A DNA stretch of 32,000 nucleotides from Candidatus Kuenenia stuttgartensis. Lineage in GTDB: Bacteria; Planctomycetota; Brocadiia; Brocadiales; Brocadiaceae. A model generated the notes under the pieces. That model was given only the letters and a program-made list of their open reading frames with translations, was not told where the DNA came from and ran no database searches. Positions within the stretch are counted from its first letter, which is position 1, and the number at the start of each line of letters is the position of its first letter. This document shows positions 9,515-19,372 of the stretch, in pieces. The position numbers and the translations under genes were made by a program. The stretch lies in assembly GCF_900232105.1 (NCBI RefSeq), contig NZ_LT934425.1, positions 480,001 to 512,000 on the forward strand, read 5' to 3'.

Positions 9515-9873
9515 GGTTTTTAATGTGTCTTAAGATTTTTTAAATACTTACGAAACATCTTTATTCTAACAGCGCATTCAGGCTTTTCAAGGCATTCTCG
9601 TTTTTGCCTCTTTTGATAATTCAGTTTCGCTTTGTTTGTGATGAACTTTTGGTTTGAAACGAAAATAAAACAATACCATATGCATAATACACAATTTTGC
9701 ATTTTACCGCACCATACCCTTCAACAAAAAGGGGGAAAAAATGTTGGCAACGGCTATAAATGGTATTATTAAAACACAGGACAGGAACTCTGGCGCACTA
9801 CAGCCGTTGCCATTATTACGTTTATAGACATAGCGGCACCGTCAAGTTGAGAAAATAGACATCTTAAACAACT

Positions 9874-9938
9874 GGTTCAATGAGACGCGACATTAGTTTT
9901 TTCCCTTATTCTTGACATCCATGTTTCAATAATGAGAC
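9874..9938 (-). repeat. Two internally deleted CRISPR repeats at the trailer end of the array
   Basis: GGTTCAATGAGAC (9874-9886) and GTTTCAATAATGAGAC (9923-9938), separated by 36 nt and followed after 37 nt by the first full repeat. Confidence 0.8.
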
Positions 9939-9975
9939 GGGAATATTTCTCGTTTAGATTACTGTATTGATGTTA

Positions 9976-10524
9976 GTTTCAATTCCTTATAGGTGCAATG
10001 AGACGTCACTTAAGTCTTTTTCACGCAGGCGACTTGTAGCTGTTTCAATTCCTTATAGGTGCAATGAGACAAGCGTCGATGAACAATTTAGAATTGCCCG
10101 TGATAGGTTTCAATTCCTTATAGGTGCAATGAGACAGCTAACGCCTCATAATCCCTGTTGTATATCTTTAGTTTCAATTCCTTATAGGTGCAATGAGACT
10201 GGGTAATCTTAAGAAAAAACTTCCCGACCAAATACTGTTTCAATTCCTTATAGGTGCAATGAGACTGTACAGAAGCAAGGCTTTTCATTAATTCCACTAC
10301 TGTTTCAATTCCTTATAGGTGCAATGAGACGCCTTTAAAACCAATATTATTGCACTTCTTGCACCCGTTTCAATTCCTTATAGGTGCAATGAGACTGGTA
10401 ATGGTGCAAGGCGTGATATCGGCATTGTAACGTTTCAATTCCTTATAGGTGCAATGAGACGCATGTCAAATGCCTTGTCTATTGCACGCTCAACAGTTTC
10501 AATTCCTTATAGGTGCAATGAGAC
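9976..10524 (-). CRISPR. CRISPR array block 1 (trailer end), 9 full repeats; repeat read in the crRNA sense GTCTCATTGCACCTATAAGGAATTGAAAC
   Basis: Plus-strand repeat GTTTCAATTCCTTATAGGTGCAATGAGAC starts at 9976, 10043, 10107, 10171, 10237, 10302, 10367, 10432 and 10496; spacers about 35-38 nt. Confidence 0.98.
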
Positions 10525-10549
10525 CCACCGTGGTGGGTGGGTCACGCCC

Positions 10550-11934
10550 CATAAGCGCTAACTTGTTTTATTGACAAATTTTATTCATCATGGTATTTTT
10601 ATGTTAATTATCCCGCTAATCACTCTATAGGAGGATAAAGCCATGATGAGAGAAGATTGGGATCTTCTAAGAACTTTCTTCCCAAACGATTGGAAAAGTT
10701 TAGCCGTTGATACAAATGCTTTAAAAGGCTTGCGCAAGGATAAATCTGAAGAAAAGCTTCTTCGAACATTATTAATTCATTTAGGATGTGGCTATTCATT
10801 GCGTGAAACAGTAGTTCGAGCCAAGCGTGCTAACTTAGCAGATTTATCCGATGTTGCCTTATTAAAGCGATTAAAAAAGAGCAAAGAATGGCTATATAAA
10901 TTATGTTTATCTTTATTCCGTGAGCGTGGCCTCCAAATTAATAAACGGAATAATTTTCATCTTCGCTTATTTGATGCAACAACAGTAAAGGAACCTGGGA
11001 AAACAGGAAGTCTTTGGCGCATTCATTATAGTATTGAGGTTCCTTCATTATCTTGCGATTTCTTTAAACTTACGGGAACTGAAGGAGAAGGCACAGGAGA
11101 ATCTTTTCGGCAGTTTCCGATGAAAAAAGATGATTATATTATAGCTGACAGAGGTTACTGTACTGGCCAAGGAATTCATCATGCAACAAGGAAAGGCGCT
11201 TATCTTAGCGTTAGAGTTAATTCGCAATCTCTACGGATATTCGGCGAAGAAAAGAAACCCTTTCCTTTATTGAAAGAAATCCAATATTTAAAAAGACCCC
11301 TTGCTATAAAATCATGGAACGTTTTTATTCCAAACGTTGATAATACTGAATATGTCAAAGGGCGTCTTTGTATAATACGCAAAACAGAAGAAGCCATTAA
11401 AATAGCTCATAAAAAACTTAAAAGACATGCAAGCAAAAAGGGCATTGAACTAAAACCGGAGACCCTTATTTATGCCAAGTACGTAATAGTATTCACAACG
11501 TTTCCTGAAAATCAATTTACCGCTTTTGATATCTTAGAATGGTATCGAGTTCGATGGCAAATTGAACTGGTCTTTAAAAGATTTAAACAAATAGCACAAT
11601 TTGGACACTTACCTAAATACGATGATGATAGCTCAAAAGCTTGGCTTTATGGCAAACTATTCGTTGCTCTTTTGACAGAAAAACTAATAGATTTTGCTAC
11701 GTCTTTTTCCCCCTGGGGATACTTCATTGTCAAGCAAGAAGACTAAAAGCAAATGGCGTGAATTTGCTTTTATGCTTAATCAAGTAAAACGGGCTATAGA
11801 ACCAGCGTTATCATTACAGGAAGTTCTTAAGTGCTGGAATGACATTGCTTGTTCTTTAGCAGAAAATACAAGAATCCGAAAAACACAGATATCAAAATAC
11901 TTCGAGCGCACCTAAAACAAGTTAGCGCTTATGG
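10550..11934 (+). mobile_element. IS4-family-like insertion sequence, 1385 bp, inserted in a CRISPR spacer
   Basis: 21-bp perfect terminal inverted repeats CATAAGCGCTAACTTGTTTTA; 11-bp target duplication GGGTCACGCCC at 10539-10549 and 11935-11945. Confidence 0.95.
10643..11746 (+). pseudogene. IS4-like DDE transposase, apparently frameshifted near its 3' end
   Basis: LFDATTVKEPGKTGSLWRIHY, YIIADRGYCTGQGIHH, EWYRVRWQIELVFKRFKQIAQFGHLP. The C-terminus (SKWREFAFMLNQVKRAIEPALSLQEVLKCWNDIACSL) continues in another frame (11694..11915). Confidence 0.8.
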
Positions 11935-11955
11935 GGTCACGCCCTGTCATTGCGG

Positions 11956-13063
11956 TTTCAATTCCTTATAGGTGCAATGAGACAATTACCGTCGTATCTT
12001 TCCCCGTTTTCCGGGATAGGTGCAATGAGACGTTCCTTCCCTCTCCAATTGTAGAACACAATACCGAGTTTCAATTCCTTATAGGTGCAATGAGACTCAT
12101 CAATATTTTCATCTAATGTAGTGGATGCGAAGTTTCAATTCCTTATAGGTGCAATGAGACTTTATCGACGAGGCAGTGCTGTACTGCCTCTCTGACGGTT
12201 TCAATTCCTTATAGGTGCAATGAGACTTTTCGTTTTTCGGCCTGATAAGCTCAGTGATAATGTTTCAATTCCTTATAGGTGCAATGAGACTCTGCCTACA
12301 TAGTTTTGTTGTAGGATTATAGATAGTTTCAATTCCTTATAGGTGCAATGAGACGCTGAAGGTGGTAGATGAGGGGTCATATCTTATTGGTTTCAATTCC
12401 TTATAGGTGCAATGAGACTCGGTTTCCTCGGCTCCGTACATGCCTCCGAAATCCTGGTTTCAATTCCTTATAGGTGCAATGAGACCCGCCACGCCTGCGG
12501 CAAGTAAAATCCTTATTGCTGAGTTTCAATTCCTTATAGGTGCAATGAGACAAATAATTATACTCAGAACTAAAAATCAAATTATCGTTTCAATTCCTTA
12601 TAGGTGCAATGAGACCGCAGGCGAGTCGTGCCTGGCGCGGCATGACAACGCTGTTTCAATTCCTTATAGGTGCAATGAGACTTGATTCGCATATAGACGA
12701 TACAAGCGACCCTCGTTTCAATTCCTTATAGGTGCAATGAGACTTGCGGGTGAGATAGTACATTGCGGCTGATGCGGCGTTTCAATTCCTTATAGGTGCA
12801 ATGAGACAATAGAATCCAGTATCGACATGGCCATGTTTTCAAGTTTCAATTCCTTATAGGTGCAATGAGACATTATTATTGTTTGTGGTTAGTCGTTGGT
12901 TGATCGTGTTTCAATTCCTTATAGGTGCAATGAGACGTGTTTGGGAATTTCTTTTCACGCCCTTCCGAGATTGTTTCAATTCCTTATAGGTGCAATGAGA
13001 CTTGATTCGCATATAGACGATACAAGCGACCCTCGTTTCAATTCCTTATAGGTGCAATGAGAC
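11956..13063 (-). CRISPR. CRISPR array block 2, 17 full repeats plus one 5'-truncated repeat copy (about 12016-12031)
   Basis: Same 29-bp repeat starting at 11956, 12068, 12132, 12198, 12262, 12326, 12390, 12457, 12523, 12587, 12653, 12715, 12779, 12843, 12908, 12973 and 13035. Confidence 0.98.
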
Positions 13064-13067
13064 CCTA

Positions 13068-15079
13068 CTAGCGTGAGTTTATCACAAAATAAGGCATGAA
13101 GCAACGTAACATAAATACAGTCAATGCGTTAAGCACAACATCAATTGTATACACTGAGTCCTTGAAGTTTCAGCCGATGTTTGTGGAAATCCATAATGCC
13201 TAACGCATTCATCAACAGAGATTCCTTGTCGGACATTTCTTCCAATTTGTAGGTAGCCTTAACTCTCCCTCTGGCCTTTGTTTCTTCAAGCATAGCAGAA
13301 AGCCTTATATTATTAAGGGTGTCTAACAGGGTATCTAACGTTCCACTAAATTGTGCGTGCGCTTTTGCCTGATACCACACAATCGCCGCCATTAGGTATC
13401 CGAGGACGCAAATAAAAAAATGCACCCTGATTTTCTGATCCGTCCAGTGAAATTGCGGTTTTAAAGCAAGGTGATAGGGGTTCTTGAGATTTCTAAAGGC
13501 ATGTTCAATTTTTGATTGCCCATAGTAGGCTTTTATAATGTCCGCGGTATCCCAATCGTGATGGTCTGTCATAAGAATCCTGAACCCCAGTTCCCCTTCT
13601 ATTTCTTCGAGCTTTTTCTGGTCGATTGAAAAATTCAATTGAAACTTGCCTTCAGATACCTCTTTTAACGACCAATCGATAACATCCTTCGCAAATTGAC
13701 ATTTCACTACACTTCTTATCGTATCCTCCAGACCCTCTTTGTCCCGCATCTTTCCCTTTGGATTACACAGATGCTGCTGTAAGAGCTTTAACTGATGTTC
13801 TGCCTTTTCCAGAGACTGAGACATTCCCCTTAATTGCCCAACCTTTAATTTCTCGGAAATAAATACGACAACGGTTCTTTCCTGCCCCCAAATAACCCGT
13901 TTGTCATGGTACACCTGTATCTTACTGCCGTCAACGTCATATTCCCTGAAATTACACATGGCATCCCCTACCAACTGCTTGTGATGATACGGTGTAAGCG
14001 CTCCAACGTAATGCAATGCCAATCTCTCTACAATAGCCATATTGTCCATGGAATTGTTTCCACGATCAAAAACAATAGTGTGCTTTTTGCTGTCGAAACC
14101 TAATCCGGTCATCCTGTCTTTTATCGTCTCAAGAACCGCGCTGAACACCTTTGCATCCGCCATGTTCCCCTGATAGGTATGGTGAAACAACGGTATCATG
14201 TCGTTACGTGTAACGACCATCGCCAACCCGACCTGCCTGAGATCGTATCGCTTTTGTTTGTTTTTCCCCCGCCGGGCAATAGTGCATCGCAGATTAGTTG
14301 TGTCGATATACGTGAAAAAATTGGTTGTATCAAAAAACAGTGTGTCGCTTTGAAGGTTGTATGTTTTAAATGTCTTTTCAATTAATTCGCGCTCGATTTC
14401 TGCAATGGATTCTTCAGGAAGTGCATCCATCAAATCCCAGAAATGCTGACTGTCTATTTTACTCAAGCTGTGTCTGAGTAAGTATTCGGCAGTAGTCGTC
14501 TTTGCCCAATCCCACCATCCTCTTTTGCTGGTAGGCACACACACTCTCCCCACGGCACCCAACAAGAGGGTACTTCCGGCGGTCAGATTATTTCGAACAG
14601 GTTTTTTAGCACAATACTGCCGTGGCGACTTTATATATTTATTAATCACGGAAGGGACGTCCAGGGCATTGGCCACACTTAGCAATGCGGCTACCGCGCC
14701 ATGTGAATAAGATTTGAGCCGTAATTTTTCGGTAAGACCTTGCAGTTGTTTTAATAAATCGTCTGCCTTGCCAAGATAGGCCAGGACGATGGGCCTGGGC
14801 TTGCCGTTAACGCGCCGCGATTCGACAATATACCAATATTTATAACCTCTGGAGTTTTTAGATTGAATGGTAGCCATGGCTATTAGTTGTTAGTGTATAC
14901 GTAATAGATTAATACTCCGTGTATAATAGTATATACAGGCATATAATGCAATATAAATATAGTATTATTCAGTGTATACATAATTTTTTAGACAAAAAAA
15001 GTCGCAACCCGATACAAATCATTGGATTGCAACTTGATGTCTTTGTCTTACACCTTATTTCGTGATAAACTCACGCTAG
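13068..15079 (-). mobile_element. IS1634-family-like insertion sequence, about 2012 bp, within the CRISPR array
   Basis: Terminal inverted repeats CTAGCGTGAGTTTATCAC(A/G)AAATAAGG (27 bp, one mismatch) flank an intact transposase ORF; no clear target duplication. Confidence 0.9.
13141..14877 (-). CDS. IS1634-family transposase (578 aa, intact)
   Basis: YWYIVESRRVNGKPRPIVLAYLG, HKQLVGDAMCNF, QSKIEHAFRNLKNPYHLALKPQFHWTDQKIRVHFFICVLGYLMAA. Confidence 0.88.
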   Translation of the reverse strand: MATIQSKNSRGYKYWYIVESRRVNGKPRPIVLAYLGKADDLLKQLQGLTEKLRLKSYSHGAVAALLSVANALDVPSVINKYIKSPRQYCAKKPVRNNLTAGSTLLLGAVGRVCVPTSKRGWWDWAKTTTAEYLLRHSLSKIDSQHFWDLMDALPEESIAEIERELIEKTFKTYNLQSDTLFFDTTNFFTYIDTTNLRCTIARRGKNKQKRYDLRQVGLAMVVTRNDMIPLFHHTYQGNMADAKVFSAVLETIKDRMTGLGFDSKKHTIVFDRGNNSMDNMAIVERLALHYVGALTPYHHKQLVGDAMCNFREYDVDGSKIQVYHDKRVIWGQERTVVVFISEKLKVGQLRGMSQSLEKAEHQLKLLQQHLCNPKGKMRDKEGLEDTIRSVVKCQFAKDVIDWSLKEVSEGKFQLNFSIDQKKLEEIEGELGFRILMTDHHDWDTADIIKAYYGQSKIEHAFRNLKNPYHLALKPQFHWTDQKIRVHFFICVLGYLMAAIVWYQAKAHAQFSGTLDTLLDTLNNIRLSAMLEETKARGRVKATYKLEEMSDKESLLMNALGIMDFHKHRLKLQGLSVYN

Positions 15080-15107
15080 AGCACTTAAGACCTATTGTAC
15101 CTCACAA

Positions 15108-16174
15108 GTTTCAATTCCTTATAGGTGCAATGAGACGTAGGAAAAAACTTGAAATAGTCCGAGACCACCACAGGTTTCAATTCCTTATAGGTGCAATGAG
15201 ACAATCCTTTTTGGAATACCTGTTGTTCCCGCAATCAAGTTTCAATTCCTTATAGGTGCAATGAGACCTGTTGTTCGCCTTCGTTATCACCCTGAACACT
15301 TTCGTTTCAATTCCTTATAGGTGCAATGAGACGATATCACAGAGTGTGAAATGGAGGGGGTCTTTATAGTTTCAATTCCTTATAGGTGCAATGAGACCCT
15401 ATACTTCTCAATAATTGGGAGAATTGTTTCTACGTTTCAATTCCTTATAGGTGCAATGAGACCAGCAGAAATGATCATGCTTGAGAAAATGTGCCACAGT
15501 TTCAATTCCTTATAGGTGCAATGAGACAAGGGTGCTATATAAATACGAGTGTATCTCTTTTAGTTTCAATTCCTTATAGGTGCAATGAGACATTCTCCCG
15601 TTCCAAGCGACGACCCAAAAATTCTCCGTTTCAATTCCTTATAGGTGCAATGAGACGGGGCAACTCTCAATGCAGATGGTACGGTAACGGGGTTTCAATT
15701 CCTTATAGGTGCAATGAGACTGTATGTACTCCAAAAATGTCTTTATTTTTCTGTCAGTTTCAATTCCTTATAGGTGCAATGAGACTACGACGCAGTGTAT
15801 ATATCTGCGCTTGCCCAATACGTTTCAATTCCTTATAGGTGCAATGAGACAAGTGCAAGCCACGTATTCGTAAGATGGAATGTAAGCGTTTCAATTCCTT
15901 ATAGGTGCAATGAGACGCCTCTCTAACATCAGAGGTTAGATCCCTACGTCCGTTTCAATTCCTTATAGGTGCAATGAGACCAAATTCGGTGTCCTTACTG
16001 TATTTCTTCTACCACGTTTCAATTCCTTATAGGTGCAATGAGACTTGTAAGTTTTCGCACGTAATTCCTGCCTTTTTTCAGGTTTCAATTCCTTATAGGT
16101 GCAATGAGACAGGGGATTCTCAGGCTACCAGTTCTAACATATCACGTTTCAATTCCTTATAGGTGCAATGAGAC
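15108..16174 (-). CRISPR. CRISPR array block 3, 17 full repeats
   Basis: Same repeat starting at 15108, 15174, 15239, 15304, 15369, 15434, 15499, 15563, 15628, 15692, 15757, 15822, 15888, 15952, 16016, 16082 and 16146. Confidence 0.98.
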
Positions 16175-16204
16175 TTGATTTTATTTAGCCATGTATAATC
16201 TCCC

Positions 16205-18265
16205 CACGGCGCTGTCAAAGTTTTCCATAAGCACATAATATACAAAGATATGTAAAAAAACGTGGACATTCCCCCTAAAATATTTTATATTATAGGGCAT
16301 GAACCAGCATACAACACCAATCGATAACACACACAACGAACTACTTCATTCAATTACCGTTCGTCCTGTTTCACAAAACGACCAGGCAAATTGGGACACA
16401 CTGATGCGCCAGCATCATTACCTTGGATTTCGTTCTCTCGTAGGAGAATCAATTCGCTACGTAGCGGAATCACAGGGACAATGGCTTGCCTTGATCGGCT
16501 GGGCTGCCGCAGCATTAAAATGTACCGTTCGCGATAAGTGGATTGGATGGCCGCCATTTTTAAAATCACAACGCCTGAAACTCATAGCAAACAACTCACG
16601 TTTCCTGATCCTTCCTCAGATACACGTACCAAACCTTGCCTCCCGTATTCTTTCTCTTAACCTTAAACGCTTATCACAAGACTGGACTAAGGTCTATGGG
16701 CATCCAATCTGGCTTGTGGAGACCTTTGTCGACCCTCGTTTTTTTAAAGGCGTCTGCTATAAGGCCGCAGGATGGATTTTTTTAGGACATTCAACCGGTT
16801 TTGCCAGATCATCACAAGGCTATCTTCTGCACAATAAGCCAAAGATGGTCTTTGTTCGCTCATTGAAAGCACAAGTCCAAAAACAACTTAACAACCTTAA
16901 TCTTACCATACAATTAAGAAAGGAGACAAAGCCTATGAAATTATCTTTAAAAGATGCGGAATTTCTTGACGAATTATTGCAGCAAATCCCTGAACATCGC
17001 ATGCCCAGAGGCGTTCGCCACAGGAAACGTTCTATCCTGGCAATTTCTATCTGTGCTATCATCTGCAATGCCTGGAGCTTTGCCGCCATTGCAGAGTGGG
17101 CAAAGCGTTGTCCGCAAAATATGCTCAAACGTCTCTCCTGCCGTTATAATACAAAAACGAAACGATACGAACCACCGAGTGAACCTACCATCAGGCGTTT
17201 CTTACAGCAGGTGGATGCAGAAGCAGTTGATAAAGTCCTCTCGCGTTGGTTTCAATCTGTCGGTGATAAAAGCCTGCCCATTGCGGTTGACGGGAAAACC
17301 CTTTGCGGTGCAAGACAGCCTGACGGCAAACAGGTACATTTGCTTGCCGCTTTTCTTCATAAACAGGGTATAGTTCTCGCACAAACTCAGGTAGACCGCA
17401 AAACAAACGAAATACCGATGGTTCCGGTATTGTTTGATGATTTAGACATAAAAGACCGTGTCGTTACTTTCGATGCCTTACATGCGCAAAAGGAAACCGC
17501 CCGTTATCTGGTAGAAGACAAAAAGGCAGAATATATATTCACGGTGAAAGATAATCAAAAAACCATAAAACAAGCCATCAAGGAACTGAATCTCAGTTCT
17601 TTTCCCCCCTCAGCACGAAACAATTGAAAAAGGCCATGGCCGCATTGAAATCCGCAGGATTTGGACCAGCACCGAATTAAACGAATATCTTGATTTCCCC
17701 TACGTTAAGCAGGTATTTTGCATTCATAGAATATTTACAAAAGTCAAGACCGGCAAAAAGACCGAGGAAATTGTTTACGGTATTACCAGCCTGACACAAC
17801 AAAAAGCAAGTCCCAAAACCATTCTTAAGTTTTCCCGCGGACACTGGTCAATAGAAAATGGACTTCATTATGTGCGTGATACCTCCTTCCGTGAAGACCA
17901 TTCTCAAATACGCACACAAAATGCCCCAAGGGCAATGGCTTCTTTGAAGAACCTTGTGGTTGGGCTGTTTCATTTTCTCAATGTACCAAATATTGCAAAG
18001 ACGCTCAGAAATTTTGCGGCAAGACCTTTTCTTGCACTTCAAATGCTTCGCTTGTAATGTAGAGAACAAAAAAAAGCCTTTATTTTTTTACTATCTCTTT
18101 CATTACTACAGGGATACTCCCGCTCCATTTTGCTTGTTTTGCTCATTCTTGCCCGTTTACATGAGAACCCTATCGTTTTTAACTTTCTTCTCCACTTATT
18201 GACGGGAGCTTTTGGCACAAATTCTTGATCCGCGTCTTTCGTAGGGTGACTTTGACGTTGCCGTG
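16205..18265 (+). mobile_element. ISAs1-family-like insertion sequence, 2061 bp, inserted in a CRISPR spacer
   Basis: Imperfect ends CACGGCgctGTCAAAGT / CACGGCaacGTCAAAGT (reverse complement of the right end) and 10-bp target duplication ATAATCTCCC at 16195-16204 and 18266-18275. Confidence 0.92.
16299..18057 (+). pseudogene. DruA-like (DUF4338-like) N-terminal domain fused to ISAs1-family transposase; frameshift near 17620-17630
   Basis: N-terminus: HHYLGFRSLVGESIRYVAESQGQWLALIGW...KWIGWPPF...NNSRFLILPQIHVPNLASRILSLNLKRLSQDWTKVYGHPIWLVETFVDPRFFKGVCYKAAGWIFLG. Then LLQQIPEHRMPRGVRHRKRSILAISICAIICNAWSFAAIAEWAKR and IAVDGKTLCGARQPDGKQVHLLAAF. C-terminal EKGHGRIEIRRIW...SRGHWSIENGLHYVRDTSFREDHSQIRT continues in a +1-shifted frame. 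Confidence 0.8.
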
Positions 18266-18282
18266 ATAATCTCCCGAATACC

Positions 18283-18766
18283 GTTTCAATTCCTTATAGG
18301 TGCAATGAGACTTGTTGCGCAGAATGTATCATCTGCTCTCGTCCTCAGTTTCAATTCCTTATAGGTGCAATGAGACTAAAATATGAAAAATAAAATATTG
18401 TATTTTTTATTGTTTCAATTCCTTATAGGTGCAATGAGACTCTATTGAGGCCTATCTCCGCTTTTCCATAAATTATGTTTCAATTCCTTATAGGTGCAAT
18501 GAGACGGTTTCCATCGAGGGTGTCGGAATCGCCCCTGAGAAGTTTCAATTCCTTATAGGTGCAATGAGACATATGCCATTTGTTTTTGGCGGGCAGGCGC
18601 AAAAAAGTTTCAATTCCTTATAGGTGCAATGAGACAATAAGGCTGGATACCTCCGATAACCTCGGTATAAAGTTTCAATTCCTTATAGGTGCAATGAGAC
18701 GTTGTACAAAAACTTAATTTAGATTTATTTAAACAAAGTTTCAATTCCTTATAGGTGCAATGAGAC
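18283..18766 (-). CRISPR. CRISPR array block 4 (leader-proximal), 8 full repeats
   Basis: Same repeat starting at 18283, 18348, 18412, 18477, 18542, 18607, 18672 and 18738. Confidence 0.98.
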
Positions 18767-19080
18767 CAGTTTTGTGGGTACAAATAATACAGAGACTTAT
18801 GACTTTTTTTCGTATGAAAAATGGCCATTTTGCTCGTCTACCTCTCATTATGTAAAAAACCCGGCAGGTCGACATGTAGTACTTAAACTGTCATCTCATG
18901 ACGGGATAACCTTCATTTCAATGTATCTAAATAGACCTGCAGAGACGTACGAACAGGTATTTACCCTAAGGTCGACAGGTTTTTTTATAATATTTAGCCA
19001 TCACGAAACACTTACTTATCCAAACAATGAAATACTTTTGTCGTATCATTGTATTCCAACAGTCAAAGCAAACCTAATAG
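18767..19080 (-). promoter_or_regulatory. Probable CRISPR leader (minus-strand sense)
   Basis: AT-rich interval between cas2 stop and the array. Degenerate repeats at the opposite end (about 9874) and the ATTGAAAC repeat end both place the leader here. Confidence 0.6.
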
Positions 19081-19347
19081 TCATAATATATTATCAACCG
19101 GTCTTTTGTCAAATCCAACAATCTCTTTATCCAGCCATTTTTCATTTCTTGATTTGAATACAATGAGTGAGTCCTTATCCTCCTCGTTCATGATCTTCTT
19201 TGCCTTTATCTTCAATTCTTCCAGTCTGGCTTCGGTAATTTCTCCCTCAAACACAGAATTTTGTATATGATGGAGGTAACCCCTGCAAAGCTTTAGCATC
19301 TTCGTGCATCGTTTCTGGTCCACATCGTACACAACAACAACGTACAT
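19081..19347 (-). CDS. cas2: CRISPR-associated endoribonuclease Cas2
   Basis: MYVVVVYDVDQKRCTKMLKLCRGYLHHIQNSVFEGEITEARLEELKIKAKKIMNEEDKDSLIVFK; adjacent to cas1. Confidence 0.95.
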   Translation of the reverse strand: MYVVVVYDVDQKRCTKMLKLCRGYLHHIQNSVFEGEITEARLEELKIKAKKIMNEEDKDSLIVFKSRNEKWLDKEIVGFDKRPVDNIL

Positions 19348-19372
19348 TGTTAATCTCTCCGTTCAAACAGAT

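Noticed and set aside
9520-9702. 60-aa minus-strand ORF upstream of the GspC-like gene
   Set aside because: Short, cysteine-rich, no conserved pattern; probably non-coding.
9967-10206. ORF made of repeated QFLIGAMR / VSIPYRCNET peptides, and the similar ORFs at 11931, 12440, 15022, 15491 and 15974
   Set aside because: These are translations of the CRISPR repeat itself; not genes.
9976-18766. Possible self-targeting spacers against the captured IS or cas genes
   Set aside because: Not claimed because no obvious match was seen by eye. A BLASTn of all spacers against this window and the host genome would settle it.
18774-19157. 127-aa plus-strand ORF in the leader interval
   Set aside because: Overlaps the 3' end of cas2 on the opposite strand and shows no recognisable motif; more likely leader DNA.
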